From positions 32,001 through 96,000 of the forward strand of contig JAZAMN010000043.1 of the NCBI GenBank assembly GCA_036229005.1: a stretch of 64,000 bases of DNA, written 5' to 3'. The position numbers were made by a program, and so were the translations under genes. Below the pieces are notes generated by a model that had not been told where the DNA came from, did not search any database, and saw only the letters and a list, made by a program, of their open reading frames with translations. Origin of the DNA: Myxococcota bacterium (GTDB taxonomy: Bacteria > Myxococcota_A > UBA796 > CAJQPC01). Shown one piece after another: positions 27,655-37,536 of the stretch (positions are counted from its first letter, which is position 1; each line of letters starts with the position of its first letter).

Positions 27655-29289
27655 ATGACCACCCGCTGTCGCTTCGCTCCCTCGCCCACTGGCCGGCTCC
27701 ACGTGGGCGGCGCCCGCACCGCGCTGTTCAACTACCTGTTCGCCCGCGCGACGGACGGAAAGTTCGTCCTGCGCATCGAGGACACCGACCGCGCGCGCTC
27801 CAGCCTGGAGTCCGAGCGCGGCATCCAGGACGACCTGCGCTGGCTGGGCATCGACTGGGACGAGGGCCCCGAGATCGGCGGCCCCGGCGCCCCCTACCGC
27901 CAGAGCGAGCGCCTGGAGATCTACGAGCAGCACCTCCAGCGGCTGGTCGATGAGGGCAAGGCCTACTGGGCCTACGAGACCCCCGATGAGCTGGGGGTGC
28001 TCCGCAAGGCCGCGGAGGCCGCGAAGACCTCCTTCCGCTACCGCAAGCCCGACTACAGCGCCGAGCAGCTCGCCCGCTTCGAGGCCGAGGGCCGCGAGCC
28101 CGTGCTGCGCTTCCACACCCCCCCGGGCCGCGAGGTCGCCATCCACGACCAGATCCTGGGCGAGGTCATCGTGGGCCCCGGCGACCTGGACGACTTCGTG
28201 ATCCGGAAGGCCGACGGCTTCCCCACCTACCACTTCGCCGTGGTGGTGGACGACCACTACATGCAGGTCACCCACGTGCTCCGCGCCCAGGAGCACCTGA
28301 TGAACACCGCGCGCCACATCCTGCTCTACGAGGCCTTTGGCTGGGAGCTGCCCGAGCACGCGCACATGCCCCTGATCTTCTCCCTCAGCGGCGGCAAGAT
28401 GTCCAAGCGGGACAAGGCCAAGGCGGCGCGCGAGTCCGCTCGCACGGCAGGCTGGAAGGCCGAGACCCTGGCCAGCGAGCTGGGCCTGGACGCCGCCACC
28501 GCGACCGCGTTCATGAAGAAGAAGAACTCGGACGTGGAGATCGCCATCGCCATCGCCGAGAAGCTGGGCACCGAGCTCCCCGAGATCGACGTCGAGGACT
28601 TCCGCGTCAGCGGCTACCTGCCGGAGGCCTTGCGCAACTACCTGGCCCTTCTGGGCTGGAGCAACGGCGATGACCGCGAGATCTGGAGCCTGCCCGAGCT
28701 CGAGGCCGCCTTCGACGTCAAGCGCATCGGCACCGCCGCCGCCCGCTTCGACCGGGAGAAGCTGCGCTGGATGAACGGCCAGTACGTGCGCGCCTCCAGC
28801 GTCGAGCGCCTGGTCGAGGCCTGCGCCGACTACCTGGCCCGCAACCCCGACGGCGTCCTGGCAGCCCTGGGCGACAAGCTCCCCGCCGTGCTGGGGCTCT
28901 ACCACGAGCGCTTCTCCACCTTCGCCGAGTTGGAGGACAGCGTGCGCTGGATCCTGGAGGCGCCCACCACCTACGGGCCCGCCAAGGCCATCAAGAAGCA
29001 CGTGGTCAAGGGCGACGGTCAGGAGCGCCTGGCCGCCTGTGTCGACATCGTCGCGGGCATCACGGACTGGACCCCCGCGGGGATCGAGGCCGGCCTCCAG
29101 GCCGCCGCGGACGCTCACTATGAGGGTCGGGTAGGGAAGCTGGCTCAGCCCCTGCGCGTGGCCATGACGGGCACCCCCGTCAGCCCTGGTATCGGAGACA
29201 CCCTCGCGATCCTGGACCCCAGCGAGGTCACCCGCCGCGTGCAGGCGGCCGTGGCCTGGTTCGCTGAGAACCACCCCGCCCAGGGCTGA
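27655..29289 (+). CDS. gltX: Glutamate--tRNA ligase
   Basis: RFAPSPTG, HVGG, LRIEDTD, KADGFPTYHFA, KMSKR, PLRVAMTG. Confidence 0.97.
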   Translation: MTTRCRFAPSPTGRLHVGGARTALFNYLFARATDGKFVLRIEDTDRARSSLESERGIQDDLRWLGIDWDEGPEIGGPGAPYRQSERLEIYEQHLQRLVDEGKAYWAYETPDELGVLRKAAEAAKTSFRYRKPDYSAEQLARFEAEGREPVLRFHTPPGREVAIHDQILGEVIVGPGDLDDFVIRKADGFPTYHFAVVVDDHYMQVTHVLRAQEHLMNTARHILLYEAFGWELPEHAHMPLIFSLSGGKMSKRDKAKAARESARTAGWKAETLASELGLDAATATAFMKKKNSDVEIAIAIAEKLGTELPEIDVEDFRVSGYLPEALRNYLALLGWSNGDDREIWSLPELEAAFDVKRIGTAAARFDREKLRWMNGQYVRASSVERLVEACADYLARNPDGVLAALGDKLPAVLGLYHERFSTFAELEDSVRWILEAPTTYGPAKAIKKHVVKGDGQERLAACVDIVAGITDWTPAGIEAGLQAAADAHYEGRVGKLAQPLRVAMTGTPVSPGIGDTLAILDPSEVTRRVQAAVAWFAENHPAQG

Positions 29290-29292
29290 GCG

Positions 29293-30027
29293 GTGTCCAG
29301 ACCCCTGCGCGTCCACTTTGTCCACGGCCTGGAGTCCGGCCCCACCAGCGGGAAGGTCTCCGGCATGAAGGACCTGGGCCTGGAGGTCAGCGCGCCGGAC
29401 ATGCACATGTCCATCTGGCGCATGGACAAGCGCAACTCCATGGTCCGGAACCTGCTGCGCATGTGGCAGCCCTGGACCGCTGCGCTGATGCTGCTGGGCG
29501 CCCTGCCCATGGCCATCTGGGGCAACCCCTGGTCCGCCGGGGCGATGTTCCTGGGGGCCATCCTGTGGGGCCGCCTGCGCAACAAGGCCTGGGTCGCCCA
29601 GGCTCTGGACCGCAGCAGGAGCGCCTGCGTGGAGATCCAGAAGTCGGTGTTGAAGCAGGCGTCTCCCGACGTGGTGGTCGGCAGCTCATGGGGCGGCGCG
29701 GTGCTCATCGAGCTGGTGCTCCAGGGCGCCTGGGAGGGCCCCGTGCTGCTCATGGCGCCCGCGCTGGAGCGCGTCGAGGGCCGCATCAACCCCGCCGCCG
29801 CCGCCAAGAAGCGCGCGCGCCTGCACCAGCACCCGCACCCCATCCGCATCCTCCACGCCCCCGAGGACGAGGTCGTGCCCTACGCCGACTCCGAGCTGCT
29901 GGCCCACGGCGACATCGTGCTCACGCCGGTGCCCGGGGATGACCACCGGCTGCTGGGGACCCTGCAGTCCGGGGTGCTGATCCGGGAGCTGGAGGCGCTT
30001 GCCGGGCGGGAGCACGGGGCGGGCTGA
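29293..30027 (+). CDS. Alpha/beta hydrolase with internal TM hairpin
   Basis: HGLESGP, GSSWGG nucleophile elbow, DEVVP, DDHRL. Confidence 0.85.
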   Translation: MSRPLRVHFVHGLESGPTSGKVSGMKDLGLEVSAPDMHMSIWRMDKRNSMVRNLLRMWQPWTAALMLLGALPMAIWGNPWSAGAMFLGAILWGRLRNKAWVAQALDRSRSACVEIQKSVLKQASPDVVVGSSWGGAVLIELVLQGAWEGPVLLMAPALERVEGRINPAAAAKKRARLHQHPHPIRILHAPEDEVVPYADSELLAHGDIVLTPVPGDDHRLLGTLQSGVLIRELEALAGREHGAG

Positions 30028-30066
30028 ACAGGCCCAGCCGCACCTCGCTGATGGGAGGGGTGTAGA

Positions 30067-31074
30067 TCAGGTGTTACGGGCCACGTGTGTGTCGAGGTGT
30101 ACCGGCCGACCGGAGGGCGCCATCCAGTCCACTTGGGGCCCCGTAGGCACGATGCGGTGGGGGTTGATGGTGTTGTGGCTGTAGTGGTAGTGCCGCGAGA
30201 TGTGCCAGAAGTCGGTGGTCTCGGCGACGCCGGGGATCTGGTAGAGGGCGCGGGTGTAGGCCCACAGGCGGGGCAGGTCGACGATGCGCTTGCGGTTGCA
30301 CTTGAAGTGGCCGTGGTAGACCAGATCGAAGCGCGCCAGGGTGGTGAACAGGCGCCAGTCGGCCTCGGTGAGCAGCTCGCCGGCCACGAAGGGGTGCCGC
30401 TCCAGGCGGGCCTCCAGCCACTCCAGGGTGTCGAAGAGGGGGCCGACGTTCTCGTCGTAGGCCTGCTGGGTGGTGGCGAAGCCGCACTTGTAGACGCCGT
30501 TGTTGAGGGTGTCGTAGACGCGCTCGTTGACGGCGTCGATCTCGCTGCGCAGGGACGCGGGGTTGAAGTCCAGGGGGCTGTCCACGATGCCCTGGAAGGC
30601 GCCGTTGAACATGCGGATGATCTCGCTGGACTCGTTGGAGACGATGCGGCCCTGCTGCTTGTCCCAGAGCACGGGGACGGTCACGCGGCTGCTTATCCCC
30701 GGATCCTGGCGGGTGTAGAGCTGGTGCATGAAGTCCAGGCCAAAGAGGGGGTCGCCCACCTCGGCGCGGCCCTGGGGATCGAAGGTCCAGCCCTGGTCCA
30801 GCATGTCGGGGTGCACGATCGAGACGTCGATGTGCGGCTCCAGGCCCTTGAGCTTGCGGAAGATCAAGGTGCGGTGGGCCCAGGGGCAGGCCAGGCTGAC
30901 GTACAGGTGGTAGCGGCCGCTCTCGGCCTTGAAGCCGCCCTCGCCGCTGGGGCCGGGGCTGCCGTCGGCGGTCACCCAGCTCCGGAACTGGGCCATCTGC
31001 CGCTGAAAGTGGCCACCGGTGCTCTTGGTGTCGTACCAGCGGTCGCGCCACTTGCCGTCAACGAGCAGTCCCAT
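30067..31074 (-). CDS. yqjG: Glutathionyl-hydroquinone reductase (GST omega/Xi class)
   Basis: MGLLVDGKW, ACPWAHRT, TVPVLWDK, NESSEII, NNGVYKCGF, FKCN. Confidence 0.93.
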   Translation of the reverse strand: MGLLVDGKWRDRWYDTKSTGGHFQRQMAQFRSWVTADGSPGPSGEGGFKAESGRYHLYVSLACPWAHRTLIFRKLKGLEPHIDVSIVHPDMLDQGWTFDPQGRAEVGDPLFGLDFMHQLYTRQDPGISSRVTVPVLWDKQQGRIVSNESSEIIRMFNGAFQGIVDSPLDFNPASLRSEIDAVNERVYDTLNNGVYKCGFATTQQAYDENVGPLFDTLEWLEARLERHPFVAGELLTEADWRLFTTLARFDLVYHGHFKCNRKRIVDLPRLWAYTRALYQIPGVAETTDFWHISRHYHYSHNTINPHRIVPTGPQVDWMAPSGRPVHLDTHVARNT

Positions 31075-31171
31075 CGTGTTCTCCTGGTCTGGGCCCCAGG
31101 GGTAGCCGAGCGACCAGGGGTGGGACAACCATTCGCGGGGGAAGAGACTGTCCCAGAATCTGGACTCTTGC

Positions 31172-32056
31172 TCAGTGGCGCACCTGGAAGAGCACCTGGG
31201 GCTCGAAGCCGCGCATCTCCAGGCCGGTCTGGCGCTCCAGCTTCCCAGGGTCCGCCAGGTCGTCCTGGTCGGCGGTGGCCAAGAGGTCGGCGTCCATGTC
31301 GGGCATGAAGCGGGCGGCCTGGGTGAGCAGCGGGACGGGAACGGGCACGCGCAGGCGGTGGGTGCCCAGGTGGTGGCCGATGCGCTGGACGATGCGGTGG
31401 AAGGGCAGGGCCTCGGCGCCGCCGGCGTCAAAGGCGCGGTCGGGCAGGCCTTGGTCCAGCAGGGCCAGGATGGCGCCGCCGAAGTCGTCCACGTGGATGG
31501 GCTGTCGCATGGCCCGACCCCAGCCCACCAGGGGCACGACGGGCGAGCGCTTCACGAGATCGGCCAGGGTGTGGAAGGACTCGCGGTGTCCGGGCTGGTG
31601 GTCGCCCAGGCGGGGCCCGTAGGGCGCGGAGGGCCGCAGAGTGGCCCAGGGGAGGCCGGAGGCTGCCAGCCTGTCCTCGTCTTCACGGCGCTGCGCTGCG
31701 TAGCCCGAGAGGCCCTGCCAGTGGACGCAGGTGGAGGACGCATAGACCGTGGGGACCGCCACCTCCAGGACCCGATCCATCATGGCCCGGTCCAGGTCCA
31801 TCGCTGGGGTTCGGCCGCGACCGTCGCCGGTGCCCATGACCTTGCAGGCCAGGTGGATGATCGCGTCGGGCTCGGGCAGGGAGGCGAGGTGCTTGGCGGC
31901 CTGCGGGCTGCCCAGGTCCACCGCCTGGGATCGCACCCCAGTCACATTCAGCGGGGTCTTGTGGTGCAAGGCGAGGACATCGTGGCCCGCGTCCCGCGCC
32001 AGCAGGCAGAAGTTGGCGCCCACGTAGCTGGAGGCGCCGGTGACCAGCAGCCTCAC
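31172..32056 (-). CDS. NAD-dependent epimerase/dehydratase (SDR) family
   Basis: LLVTGASSYVG, IIHLA, LRPSAPYGP, QPIHVDD. Confidence 0.85.
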   Translation of the reverse strand: MRLLVTGASSYVGANFCLLARDAGHDVLALHHKTPLNVTGVRSQAVDLGSPQAAKHLASLPEPDAIIHLACKVMGTGDGRGRTPAMDLDRAMMDRVLEVAVPTVYASSTCVHWQGLSGYAAQRREDEDRLAASGLPWATLRPSAPYGPRLGDHQPGHRESFHTLADLVKRSPVVPLVGWGRAMRQPIHVDDFGGAILALLDQGLPDRAFDAGGAEALPFHRIVQRIGHHLGTHRLRVPVPVPLLTQAARFMPDMDADLLATADQDDLADPGKLERQTGLEMRGFEPQVLFQVRH

Positions 32057-32538
32057 TTGACCCGGTCCAGGCGGATCAGGGGGTCGCCCACCCGCACCAG
32101 GCCGGGCTGCTCGATGGCCGCGCAGATGCCGCCGTGACCGACCATGGCGTGGATCGCGCCGGGGCCCAGGGCGGCCTCCATCTGCTCGCAGGGGTCGGCC
32201 TCGACGGTGCCGCGGAGGATGGCGTCGCCGAGCTGGAAGCGCCAGCCGTCGAGCAGGGCGCGCAGGTTGAACCCGGAGACCAGGATGTTGCGGCGCAGGT
32301 CCAGCAGGTCGGGGGGGCTGTCCTGGCCCATGAGTTGGGCGATCAGGGGCAGGTGCTCGGCCTGGATCAGGGTGACCGCGCGGCGCTTGGAGCGGCCGTA
32401 GTCGTAGCCGGGCTCGCCGATGGGCCAGGCGTCGATCTCCCGGGGGCGCTTGCCCTTGCCGGGGCGCACCGTGATGCGCTCCACCCGGCCCTGCTGGGGG
32501 GCCTTGGCCAGGATGGAGTTGATGAGGGGGGTGGTCAT
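32053..32538 (-). CDS. MOSC domain protein
   Basis: RAVTLIQAEH, RRNILVSG, DPCEQM, GHGGICA, VRVGD. Confidence 0.9.
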   Translation of the reverse strand: MTTPLINSILAKAPQQGRVERITVRPGKGKRPREIDAWPIGEPGYDYGRSKRRAVTLIQAEHLPLIAQLMGQDSPPDLLDLRRNILVSGFNLRALLDGWRFQLGDAILRGTVEADPCEQMEAALGPGAIHAMVGHGGICAAIEQPGLVRVGDPLIRLDRVK

Positions 32539-33311
32539 GGTGGCGCGCTCCCTGCGGAGTTTCGGGCTGCAACAGACTGCTCCACCAGGGAGAGGAAGGT
32601 GCGCCCAAAGAGGTAGGCGTCCCCCGGCCAGCGGGCGGAGACGTAGCGCCCATCCTGCACGACGAAGGCGCCGCGATCGCTGTCTGCGGTGCCGCGGGTG
32701 CCCAGGGTCAGCGGGCCGCGGCGGAAGTCGGAGGGGTCGGTGAGGGCGCAGACCTCCGCCTGCACGGACTCGGGGTAGGTCCGGTAGTAGCGGCCCAGTT
32801 TCCAGGCGGTCAGGCCCCAGGCCAGGTATTCCATGTAGGCCGGCAGGCAGGTGGTCTGGGTGCCCCGGAGCACCGAGCGGCCCTGGGTGTCCTTGGAGCG
32901 GGCCAGGAGCAGGACGCCGTGACAGATGGCGGCCACGGGGCGACCGGTCGCCCAGAAGCGCGCGACGAAGGCCTGCAGCAGCTCGCTGCCCAGGTACTGG
33001 CGCATGCCGGGGGCGTGACCGCCTGGGAGCAGCAGGCCGTCGTAGTCCTCGGCCTGGAGCTCGGACCAGCGCAGGGGGGCCAGGAACGCGGGGTCCTGGG
33101 ACATGGCCTGGTAGTCCTGGATGGGGCCGGGGTCGGCGCCGAGCTGGCCGAAGATCACTCCGGTGAGCAGCAGCGGATCACAGGCCGCCACCGCTCCCTG
33201 CTCCGTGGCGAAGACCACCTGGTGTCCTGCATCCCGGAGCATCGCCCAGGGGACCGCGGCCTCTGTCGTGTCGAAGTCGCGGTCTGGGAGGGGGACGAGG
33301 ACGCGGGCCAA
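32535..33311 (-). CDS. DJ-1/PfpI (GATase1-like) family protein
   Basis: FDTTEAAVP, LLLPGGH, AAICHG, SARWPGD. Confidence 0.9.
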   Translation of the reverse strand: MARVLVPLPDRDFDTTEAAVPWAMLRDAGHQVVFATEQGAVAACDPLLLTGVIFGQLGADPGPIQDYQAMSQDPAFLAPLRWSELQAEDYDGLLLPGGHAPGMRQYLGSELLQAFVARFWATGRPVAAICHGVLLLARSKDTQGRSVLRGTQTTCLPAYMEYLAWGLTAWKLGRYYRTYPESVQAEVCALTDPSDFRRGPLTLGTRGTADSDRGAFVVQDGRYVSARWPGDAYLFGRTFLSLVEQSVAARNSAGSAPP

Positions 33312-33313
33312 GC

Positions 33314-34744
33314 CTAGGGCTCCACCACGGTCCAGGTCACGTCGGGCAGGACCTCGGCGAGCTGGGGCTGGATGACGGAGAGGTCACCCACGACCACGAC
33401 GATGGCGGCGCTGGGGTCGATGCCGGCCAGGGCGGCGTTGACGGACTCGACGCTGGCGGACTGGGAGGCGGAGAGCTCCTGGGCCAGGGTGTCGGGGGAC
33501 TGCTGCATCGCGGCCAGGTCGGCGAAGGCGGAGGCCATGCCGGAGCGGGTCTCGAAGACCGAGACGGTGTCGCTGCGCTTGGCGCCCTGGGCCTTCTTGA
33601 GCTCGGCGGCGTCGATGCCCGCGGAGATGCGCTCCAGCTCGCCCATCATGTCCACCAGGGCCAGGCCGGTGACGTCGCCCCGGACCGCCGAGTAGGTGAT
33701 CATGCGGCCGTAGCCGGGGCCATCTCCCAGGCCGGCGCGCGCGCCGTAGGTGTAGCCCTTCTCTTCGCGCAGCAGGCGGTTGAGGCGGGAGGTGAAGGTG
33801 CCGCCAAGCACGATGCTACCGAGCTCGGCGGGCACATAGGCGGGGTCGTCCGACTGCCAGCCGGGCAGGGTGACCCGCAGGATGGACTGGGAGCTGCCGG
33901 GGTTGTCGACCAGGTAGTACCCGGCGGCGCCGGTGGGGGCGGGGTGCTCGGGGAGCGGGGCCAGCTCGCTGGGCGTCCAGTCGCCAAAGTGGGCGTTCAG
34001 GCTGGACTTGAGGAGGTCCGCGTCTCCATCGCCATTGACCAGGTCGCCGCAGATCACGAAGGTGGTGCGCTCGGGGGCCATGCGCTGCTGCCAGCTTGCC
34101 TTGAGCTGCGCTGCGTCCAGGGACTCGAGGGAGGCGGCCGTTCCGGAGGTGTTGTGGGCCAGGGGGTGCTCGGCGCCGAAGTAGACCCGGTCGCCCACCC
34201 AGGAGGCGACGGTGGCGGGGGTGTCCAGGCTCTGGGCGATGTCACCCAGCCGCTGATCGCGCACCCGCTCGACCTCATCCGCGTCGAAGGTGGGCTGGGT
34301 CACGGCCATGAACAGCAGGTCCAGGCCGCTGCCGAGCGTCTCCGTCGTGGCCTCCAGGCTCAGCCAGGTGGTGGCCTGCCCGGTGGAGGCGTGCAGGGAC
34401 AGGGCCTGCTGCTCCACCTCGGCGGCGAACGCGCTGGCGTCCAGGTCCCCGGCGCCGTGGGTGAGCATGGCGTTGGAGAAAGCGGTCAGCCCGGGTTGGT
34501 CGGCGGGGTCCATGTCTCGCCCGCCGCGCACGACCATGCGCACGCTGACCAAGGGGAGCCCAGGGGTCTCCATGAACCAGACGGTCGCGCCATTGTCCAG
34601 GGTGAACACCTGGGGCTGCGGCGGCGTGAAGTCGGCGGCCGGGCCCACGGTGGGGCGTGCGTCCAGCAAGCTGGGGGAGGGGAGCGGGACAGGCTCGACG
34701 GAGGCTTGCTTGGGGCAGGCCAAGAGCAGCAGCAGAGCGTGCAT
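33314..34744 (-). CDS. M16 peptidase family, non-catalytic subunit (lipoprotein)
   Basis: LDNGATV, SRLNRLLREEKGYTYG (R/Y pair); lacks HxxEH; LLAC lipobox. Confidence 0.9.
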   Translation of the reverse strand: MHALLLLLACPKQASVEPVPLPSPSLLDARPTVGPAADFTPPQPQVFTLDNGATVWFMETPGLPLVSVRMVVRGGRDMDPADQPGLTAFSNAMLTHGAGDLDASAFAAEVEQQALSLHASTGQATTWLSLEATTETLGSGLDLLFMAVTQPTFDADEVERVRDQRLGDIAQSLDTPATVASWVGDRVYFGAEHPLAHNTSGTAASLESLDAAQLKASWQQRMAPERTTFVICGDLVNGDGDADLLKSSLNAHFGDWTPSELAPLPEHPAPTGAAGYYLVDNPGSSQSILRVTLPGWQSDDPAYVPAELGSIVLGGTFTSRLNRLLREEKGYTYGARAGLGDGPGYGRMITYSAVRGDVTGLALVDMMGELERISAGIDAAELKKAQGAKRSDTVSVFETRSGMASAFADLAAMQQSPDTLAQELSASQSASVESVNAALAGIDPSAAIVVVVGDLSVIQPQLAEVLPDVTWTVVEP

Positions 34745-36129
34745 CAGTGGGTCTCCTCGGCGGCGGTCTCTTCGGTCTTCTCGGGACGGACGCGGGCGGT
34801 CAGCGCGCGCTCACGGGTCAGAGCGGCGGCGGCGGCCTGCACGTCTGCCGGGGTGGCCGTCGTGTAGCGGGCCAGGTCCTGCTCCAGGTAGTCGGTGGTG
34901 CCGACCAGGTAGTGGTAGCGGTTCAGGGTGCTCGCGCGGCTGTCCAGGCTCTCGAGTCCCGAGAGGAAGCCCACCTGGTATTCGCGGACCACGCGGTCCA
35001 GCTCGGCTTGGGTGGGGCCCTCTTCGGCCAGCTTCTGCAGCTCCTCGAACACCACGTCCTCCATCTGCTCGATGGTGTGGGTCTCGGTGGGCAGGCCCTG
35101 GATCATGAAGATGCTGGAGTGCATCTGGGAGAACTGGTAGGCGTTGATCTCCAGCGCCATCTGCTCGGAGTGCACCATGCGCTGGTAGAGCCGGCTGGAG
35201 CGCCCGCCCGCCAGGATGGAGGCCAGCAGGTCGTAGGCCGCGTCGCCCTCCTGCAGGGCCGCCGGGGAGTGCCACATCAGGGTGGTCATGGGGATCTGGA
35301 CCTGGTCCTCCAGCTCCAGCAGGGGCACCACGGGGGTGTCCGGGGTCTCCGGGGTCGCCCGCTCGGGCAGCTCACCGGGCGCGATCTGCCCGAAGGTCCC
35401 GGCGATGAAGGGCTTGATCTGCGCGGGGTCGAAGTCCCCGGCCACCACCAGGCTGGCGTTGTTGGGCACATACCAGGTGTCGAAGAAGTCCACGACGTCC
35501 TGCACGGTCGCCGCCTGCAGGTCCTCGTGGGAGCCGATGACCGAGTGCGCGTAGGGGTGCCCCTCGGGGTAGAGCGCGGCGTTCATCTCCAGCCAGAGCA
35601 CGCCGTAGGGGGCGTCCTCGCCGGTCTGCCGCCGCTCGTTGCGCACGACCTCGCGCTGCAGGTCCAGCTTCTCCTGGGTCATCGCGCTGGACAGCCCGTC
35701 CATGCGGTCGGCGTCCATCCACAGCAGGGTCTCCAGGAGCTGGCTGGGCCCCACGGAGTAGTAGTCGGTGGCGTCTTCCGAGGTCCAGGCGTTGTTCCAG
35801 CCGCCCTCGGCCTCCATCAGGTCATCAAAGCCGCTGCCGGGCAGGCGGGTGGTCCCCATGAACATCAGGTGCTCGAAGAGGTGGGCAAAGCCCGTACGAC
35901 CCACGAGCTCGTCCTTGGACCCCACGCCGTACCAGACGTTGATGGTGACGGTGGGGAGGGCGTGGTCCTCGATGAGGATCACGTTCATACCGTTCTCGAG
36001 CTGGTACTCCTCGTGGGGGATCTGAAGACGGGTGCTTGCCGGCGAGGACACGCTGCCTGCGTCGGTGACCGGCGCGGGGGGCGGCTCCTGGGCGAACAGG
36101 CCGCCGGCGAGGAGGGCGATGGTGAACAT
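34744..36129 (-). CDS. M16 zinc peptidase, catalytic subunit
   Basis: LENGM, GFAHLFEHLMF (HxxEH), NAWT, NERR, SSRLY. Confidence 0.95.
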   Translation of the reverse strand: MFTIALLAGGLFAQEPPPAPVTDAGSVSSPASTRLQIPHEEYQLENGMNVILIEDHALPTVTINVWYGVGSKDELVGRTGFAHLFEHLMFMGTTRLPGSGFDDLMEAEGGWNNAWTSEDATDYYSVGPSQLLETLLWMDADRMDGLSSAMTQEKLDLQREVVRNERRQTGEDAPYGVLWLEMNAALYPEGHPYAHSVIGSHEDLQAATVQDVVDFFDTWYVPNNASLVVAGDFDPAQIKPFIAGTFGQIAPGELPERATPETPDTPVVPLLELEDQVQIPMTTLMWHSPAALQEGDAAYDLLASILAGGRSSRLYQRMVHSEQMALEINAYQFSQMHSSIFMIQGLPTETHTIEQMEDVVFEELQKLAEEGPTQAELDRVVREYQVGFLSGLESLDSRASTLNRYHYLVGTTDYLEQDLARYTTATPADVQAAAAALTRERALTARVRPEKTEETAAEETH

Positions 36130-36197
36130 GGGACCTCTTGCGGTGATTGCGGCAGGGTAGCGCAGGTGAGCGCCGCGGGGGTCCGCTTGTGCGACTG

Positions 36198-36372
36198 GTT
36201 CTGCCGGGCAGGAGTTCCAAGCAGGCCCGTCCGGCAGAACACGGGCCCGAGTGGGCCCGCGGGGGCTGCGCCGCAAGGCGCTTCCGGGGGTGTCCCCCGG
36301 AGAAGACAGTAGTTCTCTGGAGCATGGGTTCCGGCACGCGGAGAGTGTCGGAACCCATGCTTCGGAGAACTA
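36198..36372 (+). ncRNA. Candidate structured RNA or composite palindromic element (five hairpins)
   Basis: Hairpins at 36198-36240, 36242-36259, 36268-36281 (GCAA loop), 36283-36301, and a 28-bp stem at 36310-36372 with G-U wobbles on the + strand. Confidence 0.4.
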
Positions 36373-37425
36373 GGCGGTGTGCAAGACCAGGTTGGCGTAG
36401 GCTTGGCGCTCGCGCTCGGAGATCTGCGGGTCTTGGGCCAGGGCCTGGATCAGCTCGGCCATGTGCAGGTTGGCGTTGACGAGCTGCCGGGCCAGCGCGT
36501 CGTAGACCACCTGGCGGAAGGCGCTCGCGGCGGGGTGCTCGGGGTCCTCGAAGGCCTCCAGCAGCTCGCCCGGCAGGCGCAGCACCCAGGTGGGCTGGGC
36601 GGCGTAGCAGCTCGCCGAGCGGATGGCGCCATGCACCAGGGAGACCAGCCCGAAGAGCCGGCCGGGGCCCAGCTCCGCCAGCTTCTCATTCGTGGCGTTG
36701 CGCGTGGCCCGGTACACGTCGATGCGGCCCTGCCCCACGATGAACGCGTCGTTCCCGCGCTGCCCCTCGCGGAGCAGCAGCGCGCCTTGGGGCACCGCCT
36801 CGACGACGGTGTGGTCGGCGATGGCCTGGAGCAGGTGGGGCTCGACCACCTGGAATACCGGGGAGTTCTGCAGCACCTGCAGGCTGGTGGGCGCAGGGTG
36901 TTGAGGGTGGGGGTCGTCCGGCACCAGCCAGGAGCGCAGGCGGGCCCAGAGGCCCTCGGGCTCGTAGGTGGCCAGCTCGGTGCCCTGGGCGAACTCGGAG
37001 ATGCGCTCGCTCATCTCGCGCAGGCGCTTGCCCAGGGTGCGCAGGACCTGCTGCTCCAGCAGGGGAACCAGCAGATTGCCGTGGGCACGCAGCAGGTTCA
37101 GGCCGCCTTCGTCCAGCACCAGCAGGGAGCAGGCTTCGGCGGTGCGAACGGTGGCGTGGCGCTTGCCCTCCACGCCGAACAGCGCCATGTCGCCGATGAT
37201 GGCGCCCTGGCCCACCGTGGCCACGACCGTGGCCGGCTCCCCGCAGAGGATCTCCAGGTGGCCGTCCACCACGATCATCAGGCTGGAGTCGGACTCGCCC
37301 TCCACCGTGAGGATCTCGCCCGCGCCCACCTCGAAGGGGGTCAGGGCCTGCTCCAGCGCCTGGTCCAGGTGGTGCTTGGGCACCATGCGGAACAGGGGGA
37401 GGCTCTTGGGGTCGGTCAGGCTCAT
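36370..37425 (-). CDS. Tandem cyclic-nucleotide-binding domain protein
   Basis: Two cNMP domains: IIGDMALF..RHATV and LFGLVSLV..RSASC. Confidence 0.9.
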   Translation of the reverse strand: MSLTDPKSLPLFRMVPKHHLDQALEQALTPFEVGAGEILTVEGESDSSLMIVVDGHLEILCGEPATVVATVGQGAIIGDMALFGVEGKRHATVRTAEACSLLVLDEGGLNLLRAHGNLLVPLLEQQVLRTLGKRLREMSERISEFAQGTELATYEPEGLWARLRSWLVPDDPHPQHPAPTSLQVLQNSPVFQVVEPHLLQAIADHTVVEAVPQGALLLREGQRGNDAFIVGQGRIDVYRATRNATNEKLAELGPGRLFGLVSLVHGAIRSASCYAAQPTWVLRLPGELLEAFEDPEHPAASAFRQVVYDALARQLVNANLHMAELIQALAQDPQISERERQAYANLVLHTA

Positions 37426-37536
37426 TGGGGCATCCTCGCAGCGACTCCCTAACTGGAAGCTCGCTTTCCTTCCGCTGGGATTCACCGGTCCGCGACCACG
37501 CGCCGCGCCGCGCGCTCCAAAGGGGTAGGGGAGGGG

